From contig OZ251225.1 in NCBI GenBank assembly GCA_965240325.2, positions 3,968,001-4,032,000 on the forward strand: a stretch of DNA of 64,000 nt, written 5' to 3'. The notes beneath the pieces were generated by a model. That model saw only the letters and a list, made by a program, of their open reading frames with translations. It made no database searches and had not been told where the DNA came from. Shown one piece after another: positions 33,165 to 44,561 of this stretch. Position 1 is the first letter of the stretch. Each line of letters opens with the position of its first letter. Origin of the DNA: Rebecca billardiae RCC1528 (Eukaryota; Protista; Haptophyta). The position numbers and the translations under genes were made by a program.

Positions 33165-36100
33165 CACAGCAACGACTTCTTTTTTAAAGCGGCCGTTAGC
33201 GTGTCCAGCGGCCAGATTAATTTTCGAAAAATTACTATGCGCTGCGCGCGCGCCCCTAGGGGGCGGCGCGCGCGCGCGGCTGGTCCCCCCTGCATGCCCG
33301 CACCGTCAGCTGCCTGATTGCCGCTACCCAGCCCCGCTACCGTCGCGCGCGACATCCGCGCCGTAAATCACCGTCACCGAGCGGTCCGGCGAGCGCGCCG
33401 CCATCAATTTGCTCCTGAGTGCCGAAAACTCCTTCTCCGGAAGCCCAGCCTCCTCGCGCAGGAGCTTGCGCGCCGTCATGCACTCCGCGATCAGGTCGAT
33501 CGCGTCGGTCTCCGCCCTGCGCTGCCATTCGCGCTGCCGCTTGGCGTACTTCTTCAGCCAGAGCCGCCGCACCTTGTCGCCGAACTCCTCTGCCCACGTC
33601 GCAAGCGACACGCGGCGCACGAGCTGCGCGACCGTCGAGATGTGCGGCTCCGCCGTCGACTTCTTCCCCTCGGCGTACTCGCGGACGAATGAGTCGAGTG
33701 ACTTGCGCGCGTGCACGAGCGGCATCGCACGCTTGGTCACCTGCACGAAATGCCCCTGCACCTGCTCGTCCGCGAGCTGCACGAGGCGCCCCCGCCGCCT
33801 GAGGCGAGACGCCGTCTGCGCCCGCCTCCGTGACCGCCCAGACGTTGAAGCGGAGCGGTGGGACGTTGTGCGAGCCCTGGCCGGCGAGGCTGGCGAGGCT
33901 GACGTAAGCGCCGGTGCACGCCACGATGGCCTTCTGCTCCTCCGCGTAGTCGGCCGCCTCGGCGCCGCCGCCAAAACCGCCGCCGGCCGCGCTGCCGCCT
34001 GCCGAGGCAGTGCTGCCACCGAGGCCGCGCTGCTGCGCGCCGCCGCCGGCCGCGCCGCCGCCGGCCGCGCCGCCACCAGCCGCACCACCACCCGCACTGT
34101 CAGCCGCGCGGCTGGCCGCGCCACATGCCGCGCCACCGGCCACGCGGACGCCAGCACCGGCTGTGCCGCTAGCCACGCCGCTGCCACTGCCGGCCGCGCC
34201 GCCCACGCCGCCGCCCGCGCCCGCGCCCGCGCCCACGTTGCCAGCCGCGCCCCCGGCCGCGCCCCCGGCCGCGCCGCCGGCCGCGCCACCGGCCGCGCGG
34301 ACGCCAGCGCCAGCGGTGCCGCCAGCCACGCAGCTGCCGCTGCTGCTGCCACCAGTGCTGCTGCTGCCGCCCGCACCGGCCGCGCCGCCGCCGGCCGCGC
34401 CACCGCCGGCCGCGCCGCCGCCGGCCGCGCCGCCGCCGGCCGCGCGATCGCGAGCGCTGTCAGCCGCGCCGCTGTCCGCGCCGCCGGCCGCACCTCCGGC
34501 CGCGCCTCCAGCCGCGCGGACGCCAACGCCAGCTGTGCCGCCAGCCACGCCACTGCAGCTGCCGCCCGCGCCGCCCGCGCCGCCGCCAGCACCCGCGCCC
34601 GCGTTGCCAGCCGCGCCGCCGGCCGCGTCCGGCCGCGTCGCCGGGCGCACCGCCGCCTGGCGCGCAGTTGTCGGGCGTGCCGCCGTCGGGCGCGCCGCCA
34701 CCGGGCCCGCCATCGCCCGCGCTGTCAGCCGCGCCGCCGGCCGCGCCGCAGGCCGCGCCACCGGCCGCGCGGACGCCAACGCCGGCTGTGTCGCCAGTCA
34801 CGCCGCTGTCGCTGCAGCTGCCGCCGCTGCTGCCGGCCGCGCCGGCCGCGCGCGGCCGCGCCGCCGGCCGCGCCGCCGCCGGCAGTGCCGCCGCCGGCCG
34901 CGCCACCGCCCGCGCTGTCAGCCGCGCCGCTGGCCGCGCCGCCGGCCGCGCCACCGGCCGCACGGACGCCAGCGCCGACTGTGCCGCCAGCCACGCCGCT
35001 GCCGCTGCCGCTCGCGCCGGCCGCGCCGCCGCCCGTGCCCGCGGACGCGCCCGCGTTGCCAGCCGCGCCGCCCGCCGCGCCGCCGGCCGCGCCGCCGACC
35101 GCGCAACCGGCCGCGCGGACTCCAGCGCCGGCGGCACCGCCAGCTACGCCGCTACCGCTGCCGCTGCCGCCGCTGCCGCCGGCCGCGCCGCCGGCCGCGT
35201 CGCCGGCCGCGCCGCCTGCAGCGCCGCCAGCCGCGCCGCCCTGCCGCGCTGGCCACGTGCAGCGGCGGCAGCTGGCGGCGCCGGTCGCGGTGGGAGCCGG
35301 CCGCTCCGGATCACGTCATTGATCCCGTCGGCGTCCGCACTCCATAGCTCGGGCATGTCCGAGTCCGGCCGCTCCGAGATGGCGATCGCCTCCGACGACG
35401 CGAGCGCAACACCCTCATAGTTGCGCACGATGGCGATCGTGGCCGCGCGCGAGTGCGCTGCGTTTGGCCCGTGTCCGCCGAGAGGAGGAGGACATGCGGC
35501 TGCCCGCGCGGGCGCGCGGACTTGCCGTAGTGCTCCAAGCGATCCAGCACGGCGCCCACGGCCTGCGCCCACGGCCGCGCCGCCGACTCGCTGCCGATCA
35601 TCATCACGCCCGCGCCCGCGTGCTCGCGATTGCGCAGCGCGCTCTCACGTGAGCCAGCCACCGGCGGCGGGATCGGGTGGCGCATGCCCAGGTTGAGCCA
35701 CGTCGAGAACTCTCGGGCTGGCGCGAGCCCACGATGCTCAGTGTGCGGTCCTTCTCGCGCGCCTAGTGCACGACGCCCTCGTCGTCGAGCGAGGTGAAGG
35801 CATGCAAGACGAGCGCGTCTCACGAGAAGAGCCGCAGCTTGGCTACACGCAGCAGGTTGTTCTTCTTCCGCTGGGCCTTGATGGCGACGAGGCTGTTGAC
35901 GCTGCGCTTGACCTCCGCCAGGTAGTTCTCGTTCGGCATGATCGAGTGGTCCACCTCGCTCGCGGCCTCGCGCGCGCGCAGCTTGAGCATCTCGTGCGGC
36001 TGAGCGCCGCGGCCATGCGCAGCCATGCAGATGCGGCAGAGACGTGGCGCCCGATGCGTTAGGCACCTTTGCGATGCAGCTTGGGCTTCCTAGGCTTCGC

Positions 36101-36699
36101 GCAGGAACGCTTGCCCTTGCCCACGGTGAGCACAGCCGTCGCCATTGCTGCGCGCGGCGAGCGCGGTCCCGCGCGGCCGTGCCGGGCGCAGCCGCAGCAA
36201 GTTAGTCTGATGCAAATTCCCGGTCACCCATGCAAAAGTAAGCGTTCCCGCTGCGCATGTGCGTGCATCACGAGTAACCCGCCGCCTGAATAACAACTCC
36301 GCGCCCCTCCATACACTTCCTGCATCCCCGCGCGCAGCGGCGTGCGGGCGGGCGCGAATTCGCACCGTGTTACGAACAGACCTAGCAAAGTAGATCGGTG
36401 TGGCGCGTCGGGACGCGGAGCGGGTGCGGGGCAGGCGGGGGATAGGTTGGGGAACACCCGCGATTAGAGCACCGGTGGCGCAGCGGCGACGTGGACGCCG
36501 CCACACGCGCACGCACGGCGCGCGCTCGCACCGCGAGTCGAACGTCCGCTCGCCAAGCCCTGCGACGGCGTCCGTGCGACGCCGAGCGACGAACGCTCTC
36601 GGGATTTGGCCCGGACCACCAGATTCAGCCGTTAACGGCCGAAAATTCATTTGTTGGAGTTTCCTTAACGGCCGCTTTAAAAAAGAAATCGTTGCTGTG
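33165..36699. mobile_element. CACAG-ended (CMC/EnSpm-like) TIR element, 3.5 kb, no recognisable transposase
   Basis: ~34-bp TIR CACAGCAACGA(C/T)TTCTTTTTTAAAGCGGCCGTTA, with AT on both flanks inside an AT-rich tract. Confidence 0.85.
33324..36026 (-). other. Cargo gene or pseudogene of unknown function with central Gly/Ala repeat
   Basis: Protein-like segments in different frames (HEMLKLRAREAASEVDHSIMPNENYLAEVKR; TIAIVRNYEGVALASSE; VSLATWAEEFGDKVRRLWLKKY) flank ~1.2 kb of (GAAGG)n coding repeats. Candidate GC-AG intron 35458-35525. Confidence 0.5.
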
Positions 36700-37567
36700 A
36701 TAATATATTTATATAATTATAATATCATATATATATCATATATATATACTTATAATACTGAATGAAACACTTGCACACTCAGACTCAGTAGAGCTCTTGA
36801 CACTACTGGCTCCATGCCCCAAGTCATATTTAAAAAAAGTCTGATCAGCATCAAGTCTCAACTGTGCTCTCACGGCCTGATGCCCGTGATCGGGTCACGG
36901 GTGATAGCGGCCGCCCGCTGCTGTACGTGAGGAATAATAATGCGATTCGTGCACTCCTCGGCGGTGACCGGTGAGTGCACGAATCCAGTTGCGGCGCTCG
37001 TCCGCCTCGTCGGCGTCGCACACGAGGTACATCCAACACCGTGGGTCGGATCCCAGAACTCTCCGCGCGCTCGCGCTCGCGCGACGAGGCACTGGCGCCA
37101 GGCTTGTTCTTCATCTTGGCCAGCTGCCAGATGCGCGAGAACGCGTGTGCACGCCTTTCCGCGCGTTATGCGTGCGCGTTGCACGCATCCTATCGTAGTC
37201 TACGCCGACGAGGCCTGAACAACCACGTCAACCAGCCTGCCGCGATCACGTTCAAATGCAGGCGGCAAGCTGCATGCGAGCGGCGCACAACGGAAGCATC
37301 TAAAGCCCGAGAAGGTAGTGGTGGAGGAGCTTGTAGAGCTGGTGACGATAGCAGTCCACCTATCAATCACCTGTCCAGAGTCGCCAACTGACACGGGCGC
37401 GACGCAGCCAAGGTAGAGTGCCTGCAGCTTGCAGCGTGCCCGCAGCTGCGCGGTTTGCCGCCTCGGCAACAATCGTCACTGTCAAAGGGTGAAGAGAGCG
37501 ACAGGGCCGTGAGGCCCGAGAGCGTGACGAGGGGGGCGAGGATGCCCCGAGGGACTGGAGTTCGACT

Positions 37568-38247
37568 GATGCAATGCGAAGCGGTACGGAACTGAACTGC
37601 CCTGGCGAGGAAGGAATCCCGAGCCGTCTAAGACTGTGCTGGAGGCACTGATAGCCATCAACGGGTAAGTCGGGAAAGTGGCCATGATGGGCGCGTGTAT
37701 GATCCCGACTCGATAATGAATGTCGGTGTAGTGTGACGGTTGGTGATCCGGGTGTGTACGCACGGGAGAGCGAGTCCGGGTAACGTTGGATCTTGACACC
37801 CCCACCCAATCGCAGCGGTGGTCGTACGAAACCTGGTCGACCCGAAGGGACTGGGTGTAGACGTGCGACCATCGTGTGATTGTAGATGATGCGATGTTGC
37901 CGTATGGGATGCAATGCGAAGCGGTACGGAACTGAACTGCCCTGGCGAGGAAGGAATCCCGAGCCGTCTAAGACTGTGCTGGAGGCACTGATAGCCATCA
38001 ACGGGTAAGTCGGGAAAGTGGCCATGATGGGCGCGTGTATGATCCCGACTCGATAATGAATGTCGGTGTAGTGTGACGGTTGGTGATCCGGGTGTGTACG
38101 CACGGGAGAGCGAGTCCGGGTAACGTTGGATCTTGACACCCCCACCCAATCGCAGCGGTGGTCGTACGAAACCTGGTCGACCCGAAGGGACTGGGTGTAG
38201 ACGTGCGACCATCGTGTGATTGTAGATGATGCGATGTTGCCGTATGG
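37568..38247. repeat. 340-bp tandem duplication spanning the PPT / 3' LTR junction
   Basis: 37568-37907 = 37908-38247; breakpoints at gatgca(a)tgcg microhomology. Confidence 0.92.
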
Positions 38248-38404
38248 GATGCATGCGTCGGAGCGGTTGTCCGAGTAGACGATGTAGAAGTCGGGCGAGT
38301 CGGTGCCGGCAGCGTCTCCGTTCAGAAGAGACAACGTGAGGTCAATGTGCGTCCGACGAGCGGCGACCGATGTAGCACTGGGACTTCGTGTATGCGGCGA
38401 GGCC

Positions 38405-41400
38405 TTACATGCCCAGGATCTGAGCACGAAGTTTGAGGAAGGCGGCCGGGCCGAGCGGCTTGGTCATGATGTCGGCCGGGTTCTCGGTGCCGGGGATCAA
38501 GAAGAGCTTGAAGGTGCCGGCTCGGGCGTGCTGACGGTTCCAGTGGTACTGGACGTCGATGTGCTTGGTGCGGTTGTGGTACTTCTCGTTGTCCGTGAGG
38601 TCCACCACCGCCTTGTTGTCCTCGAAGAGCTTGGTCGGCGCGAGCTGCGGGTAGCCGAGGTCGGTGAGCAGCTTGCGCATGAAGATGATCTCCTTGCCGG
38701 CGGAGGTGACGGCCATGTACTCAGCTTCGGTCGAGCTCAGAGCCGTCGTGCGCTGCTTCTCGCGGCGGCCGCTCACCGTCGAGCCGCAGAGGTGCATCAC
38801 GTAGCCGGTGACAGACTTGCGCTCGTCGTGGAGGTCGTTGGCGTAGTCGGCGTCCACGTACGCGACGAGCGTGACGTCCGAGCCCGAGCGGAAGAAGAGG
38901 CCGTGGTTCGGCGTGCCGGCGAGGTAGCGGATGACGCGCTTGGCAGCCTCGAGGTGCTTCTTGCCCGGCTTGGACATGAAGTGGGTGAGCGTGCCGACGG
39001 CGTAGGCGATGTCCGGGCGAAACTGCGTGATGTGGATGAGCGAGCCGACCACGGAGCGGAAGAACGTCGTCGTCTCCGCGTCGAGCGCGTCTGACTCGGA
39101 GCACGGGCCGAGCTTGAGGCCCTCGGTCATCGGCGTGTCGGACGTGTTGCAGTTCATGAAGCCCGTCTTCTCGAGGAGCTCGAGGATGTTCTTGGTGACG
39201 GTCACCATGATGCCGTCCTTGGAGCGCGTGAGCGTGGCCGACAGGTAGCCGTCGATGTCGGCCGTGATGGTCATCTTGTACGAGGATGTGATCTTCGAGA
39301 TGAAGTTGTCGCAGGCGGTCGGGTCGTCGCTGTCGTCGAGGATGAGCATGTCGTCCACGTAGATGCACACGGCGATGATGCCCGACTGCGTGTTGAGGAC
39401 ATAGAGGCACGGGTCGGCCTGGCTCTGCGCGAACCCGTACTCCTTCATCCAGTCGTCGATCATGAGACGCCAGTTGCGGCCGGACTGCTTGAGACCGTAG
39501 AGGCTCTTGAGGAGGCGCAGCACGACGTCGCCCTTCGTCTTCGGCTTGTACCCGAGCGGCAGCTCGAGGTAGATCTCGTAGTCGATCGGCGCGTTGAGGT
39601 ACGCCGTCGTGAAGTCGCCGTGGAAGAGGCGGCGCTGCTTGGCCGCGGCGATGGCGATGATCATCTTGAGGGTCTCGTAGCGGACGACCGAGGAGAAGGT
39701 CTCGTCGTAGTCGATGCCCTCGATCTGCGTGAAGCCCTTGCCCACGACGCGGGCCTTGAACCGCTTGATGTTGCCCTTCTTGTCGCGCTTGATGTTGAAC
39801 ACGGGCGCCGCCTTCAGCGTGCGCATCCCCGGCTTGCGCGGCACCTCCACCCACGTGTCGTTGGCCAGGATGGAGGCGTACTCGGCATCGAGAGCGGCGG
39901 CGAACTGCGTCGCATGCGGGCCGTTGAGTGCTTGCACCGCCGTCGGCGTGTCCGAGAGTCCGATGGCGAGCAGGAGCGCGTAGATGCGCGGCAGCTTGGA
40001 GTAAGTCGGCGACGCGACCGAGTTGACGTGTGCGCGCGCGCGCGTGCGAGATGAGGGCGGGTCGTCGTCGTTGAGCGCGTTGCCGACATCGAGGGAGTCC
40101 TCGGCGCCGGCGGCGTCGTCGTTAGCGTCTCCGACGTAGGCGTGCGGTGCGTCCCCCACCCGCTCAGCGTGTCCGAATGCGCCGGCGCCATCGCGGCGCC
40201 GGACGGCGCCGTGGGAACTTCCCCCATTACCCACATCGGCAGCATGGAGGTCGAGCGGCGGCGACGTCGGCGGCAGCTGCGGCGCGGCGGCGAGCGGGTC
40301 GCGCGCGATGTGAGCGGCGTCGGGGTGGTCGACGTAGAGCGTGTCCTCGTCGAAGCGCACGTGGTGCGAGATGATGAACATGTCCGGGACGATCTGGCCG
40401 TCGCCGGGCACGCGTACGATGATCGCCTTCGTGTAGCGCGTGCGGTTCTTGGGCGGGACGTTCACCATGTGGCCGTCGTCGCCGTGGCCGACGTAGACGC
40501 CCATGACGGCGCGCGGGTCGAGCTTCTTGAAGTGCGTGTTCGGCGGCACGACGTAGGCGACGCAGCCGAAGACACGCAGCTGAGCGAGATCTGGCGGGAA
40601 GCCGCGCAGCAGCTCGAACGGCGTCTTGTCGAACGTCACCGGCGTGGCGATGCGGCGGATGATGTACGCGGCGTGGCGCAGCGCGTCCTTGGCGTAGGCG
40701 TCGATGCGCAGCTTGGAGTGGAACAGGATCGAGCGCGCCGCGTTGAAGAGCGTCTGGATGAAGCGCTCGGCGATCGGGTTGTGCTGCGGCGTGTCGGGCG
40801 GCGTGACCTGGTTGGGGGCGATGCCGTGCGCGCGGCAGATGCCCTCCCAGTCGGTCGAGTTGAGCTCGGGGGCGCCGTCGACGCGGAAGCGGCTGACGGT
40901 GTGGCCGTAGACCGACATGTCGTCGATGAAGCGTCGCATCGCCTCCGGTGCGTCCGAGCGGCGGTCGAGGAAGTAGATGAAGCCGGCCCGGGTGTAGTCG
41001 TCGACAAACACGATCACGTAGAACTTGGCAAAATCGTCCGGGTTCACGATGAACTTGCCGTCGACGTAGCCGGCGACGTCGACATGGACGAGCACGAACG
41101 CCTTCTCCGAGCGGGGCGACGTGGACGTGAACGAGTTGCGCTTCATCTTGGCGAGCGCGCACGAGCAGTCCGACTTGAGGTTGCGCGCGCCGAGGTGCTT
41201 GGATGCGGCGAGCGTGCGGTTGACGGCAGCTGCGTGAGCGTGGCCGAGCCGGAGGTGAGCGACGCGCGAGAGCTCGTCGGTGTCCTTGAACTCGACGCAG
41301 CACTCGTCGCAGAACGTGTCGTCGTCCGGCGCGAGGTCGGCGGTCTGCGAGGCCTGGTCCATGGTCACGATGACGAGAGCGCCGTCGGACGTGGGCGGCT

Positions 41401-44161
41401 GCGCCGGCGGCGGCGGCAGCGAGGACTGGAGCGGGGCGGGCGGCACGTGGAGGCCGGACGCGGCGATGGTGGGCGACGGCGAGTCGTCGTCCGGGATGAA
41501 GACGGCGCATGCGAGATCGCGGCCGTGCAGAGGAACGAGCTTGTCGCCGTACAGCAGGTACCGGCCGCCCTGCGCGTGGATCGGGGTGGCGCCGGACATG
41601 AAGGTGGTCGGCGCCGCGAGCGAGATGAACGAGATGCCGAGGCGGGTCAGCCAAGTGTCGCTCATGTAGAAGCCCGGGACGTCTGGAGAGAGCGGGACGT
41701 CCATGAGCGGCAGCGTGATGAGGTCGCCGTCGATCGAGCGCATGCCGAGGGCGAACGAGGCCGAGGTGTTGATCTTGATCCGCGTGCCGTTCGCCGCGCG
41801 CGCCTCCGAGAACTGGCGGAAGGACTTGGCGGCAAACCGAGAGAACGCGGTCGAGGCGATGGTGGTGTCCGCGCCGGTGTCGATCATGATCGAGATGCTC
41901 GCCTGGGCGATGTCGCCTGTGAACGGCGTGCCGATGGCGAAGGAGATCGTCGAGTGCACGTTCTCAATCTCCTCCGGATCGGCGAGCAACGGCTGCTGGA
42001 TGCAGGTCGGGTTGATCGGGTCAAACGAGCGGGAGACGCCGCAGATGATGGGCGGGCCGGTGCGGGCGCAGCAGGTGACCGCGGTGAGGATCGAGATGAT
42101 GGCGAGGACGGCGAGCGCGACGAGGAAGAGGAAGGCACCGTGCGAGGACTTGAAGAGCGCGCGGAGCCGACCCTCGTGCTTGAACCGCGGCGGCGGCGGC
42201 TCGTACCGGACGATCAGGTCATCGATGTAGGCGCCGGCGTCACCGAAAGACCGTGCGCGATGGATCTCGGCCTCGGCCGCGGCGGCTGCGGCGAGGAACT
42301 CGTACGGGCTGAGCGTGAGCGGCTCTCCGGCGAGCTGGCCGAGGTGGCCGAGCGGGTAGGTGTAGTTGCCCGCGGTGGAGACGTCGTCCAGGCTGGGGCA
42401 GTCGTCGGACGTGTCCGAGGCCGCGTCCGAAGCCGAGGTCGTGGACGAGGGAGTGCACGGGACAAGGTCCGGCAGCTCATCGTCCGTCTCCGAGGCCGAG
42501 TCGGAGGCGGAGTCGTCGCGGTCGTCCGGGGGGTTGGCGAGACGGAACGGCTTGAGGTGGAACGGCTCGTAGGAGGCGGGCTTGCGGATGGACTGGCGCA
42601 ACGCCATGATGAGCACATTCTGGCCGCGCTCGAGCTCGGCCGCCGTCGCGAGCTGGATCGGGGAGCCGGCCTCAGACGCCGGCGGCGACGGCGAGTCGAC
42701 CTGCGTCGGCGGCGACGGCGGGCCGAAGGGCGGCGGCGGCGAGCTGGCCTGCGTCGGCGGGTCGAACAGTGGCGGCGGCGGCGAGTAGAGCGCCGGCTGC
42801 TGGTCGATGAGCGACAGCGCCGGCTGCTGCGAGTCGGCGGGCGGCGGCAGCGGCGGCGTGTTGGTGAGCGCCGGCTGCGAGTTGGAGTGCGCCCGCGACA
42901 GCTGCGGGTCGGCGGGCGGCGGCGAGTTGGCGGGCGGCGGCGGCGGCGGCGGCGCGCCGGCGGGCTGCCGCGACGACGGCGTGAGGACGAGCGTCGGCAG
43001 CGAGTTGAAGCGCGCCCGCGACAGCGGCGAGTCGGCGGGCGGCTGCGAGTTGGCGGGCGGTGGCGGTGGCGCGTCGGCGTCGGTCGCCGCCGGCTGCGAG
43101 TTGGGGCCTGACGCCGAGCCCGAGATGGAGATGGCGTTGAGCGTCGGCGTGCCGTCCTGGATGAGCCGCACGCGCGTCGTGGTCGCCGACGGCTTCGCCC
43201 GCTGCGGCGTCGGCTGCGGCTGCGACTGCGAGGGCGCGGAGGGCACGCGCTGGAGCTTGTTGGACTTGTGAGTCGGGCGGCGCGCGCCGCCGGAGCGAGC
43301 GTCGGCTGCGGGCGTCGCGCCCGAGGAGCGCGAGGTGGACGTGTGGGGGCGGTTCGGGCAGTCGCGGTTCCAGTGCATGCCGCCGCAGTACTTGCACGGG
43401 GTAGGAGGCATGGATGCGCCGGGCTGGCCCTTGGAGGTGAGCGCGTTGACGGCCTGGCGGTTGGGGTTCGTGCCGTTGGCGGCGGCGGCGACGCGGTCGA
43501 GATCGTGCACGCGCTCGATGAGATCCTCCACCGAGATGGGCTGGTCGTTCATCGTCGCGATCACCGAGCTGACGAAGGACGGGTTGCGGCCGTAGAGGTT
43601 CACGAGGATCACGACGAGCGTGAAGATGTCGTCCTTGATCTCGACGCCGCGCAGCTCCGTGGCGTTGGACATCACGCGGGCAGCAAAGGCGTGGAAGCTC
43701 TCGCTCGGCGACAGTTTGATCGAGAGCAGGGCGTACAGCTTGGCGACGAGCGAGGAGGGGCGGGAGCTGTTGCAGCGCACGTTGAGCGCGTTGACGAGAT
43801 GAGACAGCTCGAGCCCGAGACCCGAGTGCTGCAACTGCGCGATGATCGGGTCGAGGATGCGAGGAGCGACCGCCTTGAGAAGCAACTGCACGATGAAAGC
43901 CTGCGTGCGCAGCTGCTTGGCCTGGATGGTGGCGGCGGCGGTGGACGGGGGGCAGACGATGGGCTTGTCCGCGCCGGTATCGTCCTTGCCCGGCTCGAGG
44001 GGCGAGGACGGGTTGGAGAACGCGAGCGCGACGTCCATGTCCGGCTTCGACGTGACCATGACCACAAGAACGGAGATGGCCGTGCGGAGGTCCTGCGGCT
44101 TGAGGACGAGAGCTCGCGGCGGGAGCTGGTCACGCATGTCGCCACCCGGCGGCTCCGCCAT
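38405..44161 (-). CDS. Copia gag-pol polyprotein (1918 aa, uninterrupted)
   Basis: Zn knuckle CKYCGGMHWNRDC; protease IDTGA; HLRLGH; integrase VHVD/VDDYTR/RVDGA/NPIAER; RT YGLKQS and YVDDM; RNase H DADYA, SSTEAEY, KHIDV and ADIMTKPL. Order PR-IN-RT-RH. Confidence 0.97.
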   Translation of the reverse strand: MAEPPGGDMRDQLPPRALVLKPQDLRTAISVLVVMVTSKPDMDVALAFSNPSSPLEPGKDDTGADKPIVCPPSTAAATIQAKQLRTQAFIVQLLLKAVAPRILDPIIAQLQHSGLGLELSHLVNALNVRCNSSRPSSLVAKLYALLSIKLSPSESFHAFAARVMSNATELRGVEIKDDIFTLVVILVNLYGRNPSFVSSVIATMNDQPISVEDLIERVHDLDRVAAAANGTNPNRQAVNALTSKGQPGASMPPTPCKYCGGMHWNRDCPNRPHTSTSRSSGATPAADARSGGARRPTHKSNKLQRVPSAPSQSQPQPTPQRAKPSATTTRVRLIQDGTPTLNAISISGSASGPNSQPAATDADAPPPPPANSQPPADSPLSRARFNSLPTLVLTPSSRQPAGAPPPPPPPANSPPPADPQLSRAHSNSQPALTNTPPLPPPADSQQPALSLIDQQPALYSPPPPLFDPPTQASSPPPPFGPPSPPTQVDSPSPPASEAGSPIQLATAAELERGQNVLIMALRQSIRKPASYEPFHLKPFRLANPPDDRDDSASDSASETDDELPDLVPCTPSSTTSASDAASDTSDDCPSLDDVSTAGNYTYPLGHLGQLAGEPLTLSPYEFLAAAAAAEAEIHRARSFGDAGAYIDDLIVRYEPPPPRFKHEGRLRALFKSSHGAFLFLVALAVLAIISILTAVTCCARTGPPIICGVSRSFDPINPTCIQQPLLADPEEIENVHSTISFAIGTPFTGDIAQASISIMIDTGADTTIASTAFSRFAAKSFRQFSEARAANGTRIKINTSASFALGMRSIDGDLITLPLMDVPLSPDVPGFYMSDTWLTRLGISFISLAAPTTFMSGATPIHAQGGRYLLYGDKLVPLHGRDLACAVFIPDDDSPSPTIAASGLHVPPAPLQSSLPPPPAQPPTSDGALVIVTMDQASQTADLAPDDDTFCDECCVEFKDTDELSRVAHLRLGHAHAAAVNRTLAASKHLGARNLKSDCSCALAKMKRNSFTSTSPRSEKAFVLVHVDVAGYVDGKFIVNPDDFAKFYVIVFVDDYTRAGFIYFLDRRSDAPEAMRRFIDDMSVYGHTVSRFRVDGAPELNSTDWEGICRAHGIAPNQVTPPDTPQHNPIAERFIQTLFNAARSILFHSKLRIDAYAKDALRHAAYIIRRIATPVTFDKTPFELLRGFPPDLAQLRVFGCVAYVVPPNTHFKKLDPRAVMGVYVGHGDDGHMVNVPPKNRTRYTKAIIVRVPGDGQIVPDMFIISHHVRFDEDTLYVDHPDAAHIARDPLAAAPQLPPTSPPLDLHAADVGNGGSSHGAVRRRDGAGAFGHAERVGDAPHAYVGDANDDAAGAEDSLDVGNALNDDDPPSSRTRARAHVNSVASPTYSKLPRIYALLLAIGLSDTPTAVQALNGPHATQFAAALDAEYASILANDTWVEVPRKPGMRTLKAAPVFNIKRDKKGNIKRFKARVVGKGFTQIEGIDYDETFSSVVRYETLKMIIAIAAAKQRRLFHGDFTTAYLNAPIDYEIYLELPLGYKPKTKGDVVLRLLKSLYGLKQSGRNWRLMIDDWMKEYGFAQSQADPCLYVLNTQSGIIAVCIYVDDMLILDDSDDPTACDNFISKITSSYKMTITADIDGYLSATLTRSKDGIMVTVTKNILELLEKTGFMNCNTSDTPMTEGLKLGPCSESDALDAETTTFFRSVVGSLIHITQFRPDIAYAVGTLTHFMSKPGKKHLEAAKRVIRYLAGTPNHGLFFRSGSDVTLVAYVDADYANDLHDERKSVTGYVMHLCGSTVSGRREKQRTTALSSTEAEYMAVTSAGKEIIFMRKLLTDLGYPQLAPTKLFEDNKAVVDLTDNEKYHNRTKHIDVQYHWNRQHARAGTFKLFLIPGTENPADIMTKPLGPAAFLKLRAQILGM

Positions 44162-44561
44162 GTCAAAGGGTGAAGAGAGCGACAGGGCCGTGAGGCCCGA
44201 GAGCGTGACGAGGGGGGCGAGGATGCCCCGAGGGACTGGAGTTCGACTGATGCAATGCGAAGCGGTACGGAACTGAACTGCCCTGGCGAGGAAGGAATCC
44301 CGAGCCGTCTAAGACTGTGCTGGAGGCACTGATAGCCATCAACGGGTAAGTCGGGAAAGTGGCCATGATGGGCGCGTGTATGATCCCGACTCGATAATGA
44401 ATGTCGGTGTAGTGTGACGGTTGGTGATCCGGGTGTGTACGCACGGGAGAGCGAGTCCGGGTAACGTTGGATCTTGACAGTCACACTACAGTACCGTGCG
44501 CCGCGACCGACCCCTGTGTCAGGGCGAAGCACCAGGCAAGGCTAAGCAGCATGCCTTGGGA

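Larger units (their letters stand above)
37480..44479 (-). mobile_element. Full-length Ty1/Copia LTR retrotransposon
   Basis: 319-bp LTRs at 44161-44479 and 37480-37798 (TGTCAA...TTGACA); TSD GTCAC (37475-79, 44480-84); PBS TGGCGGAGCCGCCGGG; PPT GGGTGGGGG. Confidence 0.97.

Noticed and set aside
36965-37035. PH-domain C-terminal helix (YLVCDADEADERRNWIRAL, minus strand)
   Set aside because: Too short; it lies in degenerate TE-flank DNA without upstream beta-strands or a gene model.
42209-42232. Second RT domain from AYIDDLIV
   Set aside because: An isolated motif in a low-complexity linker with no other RT blocks.
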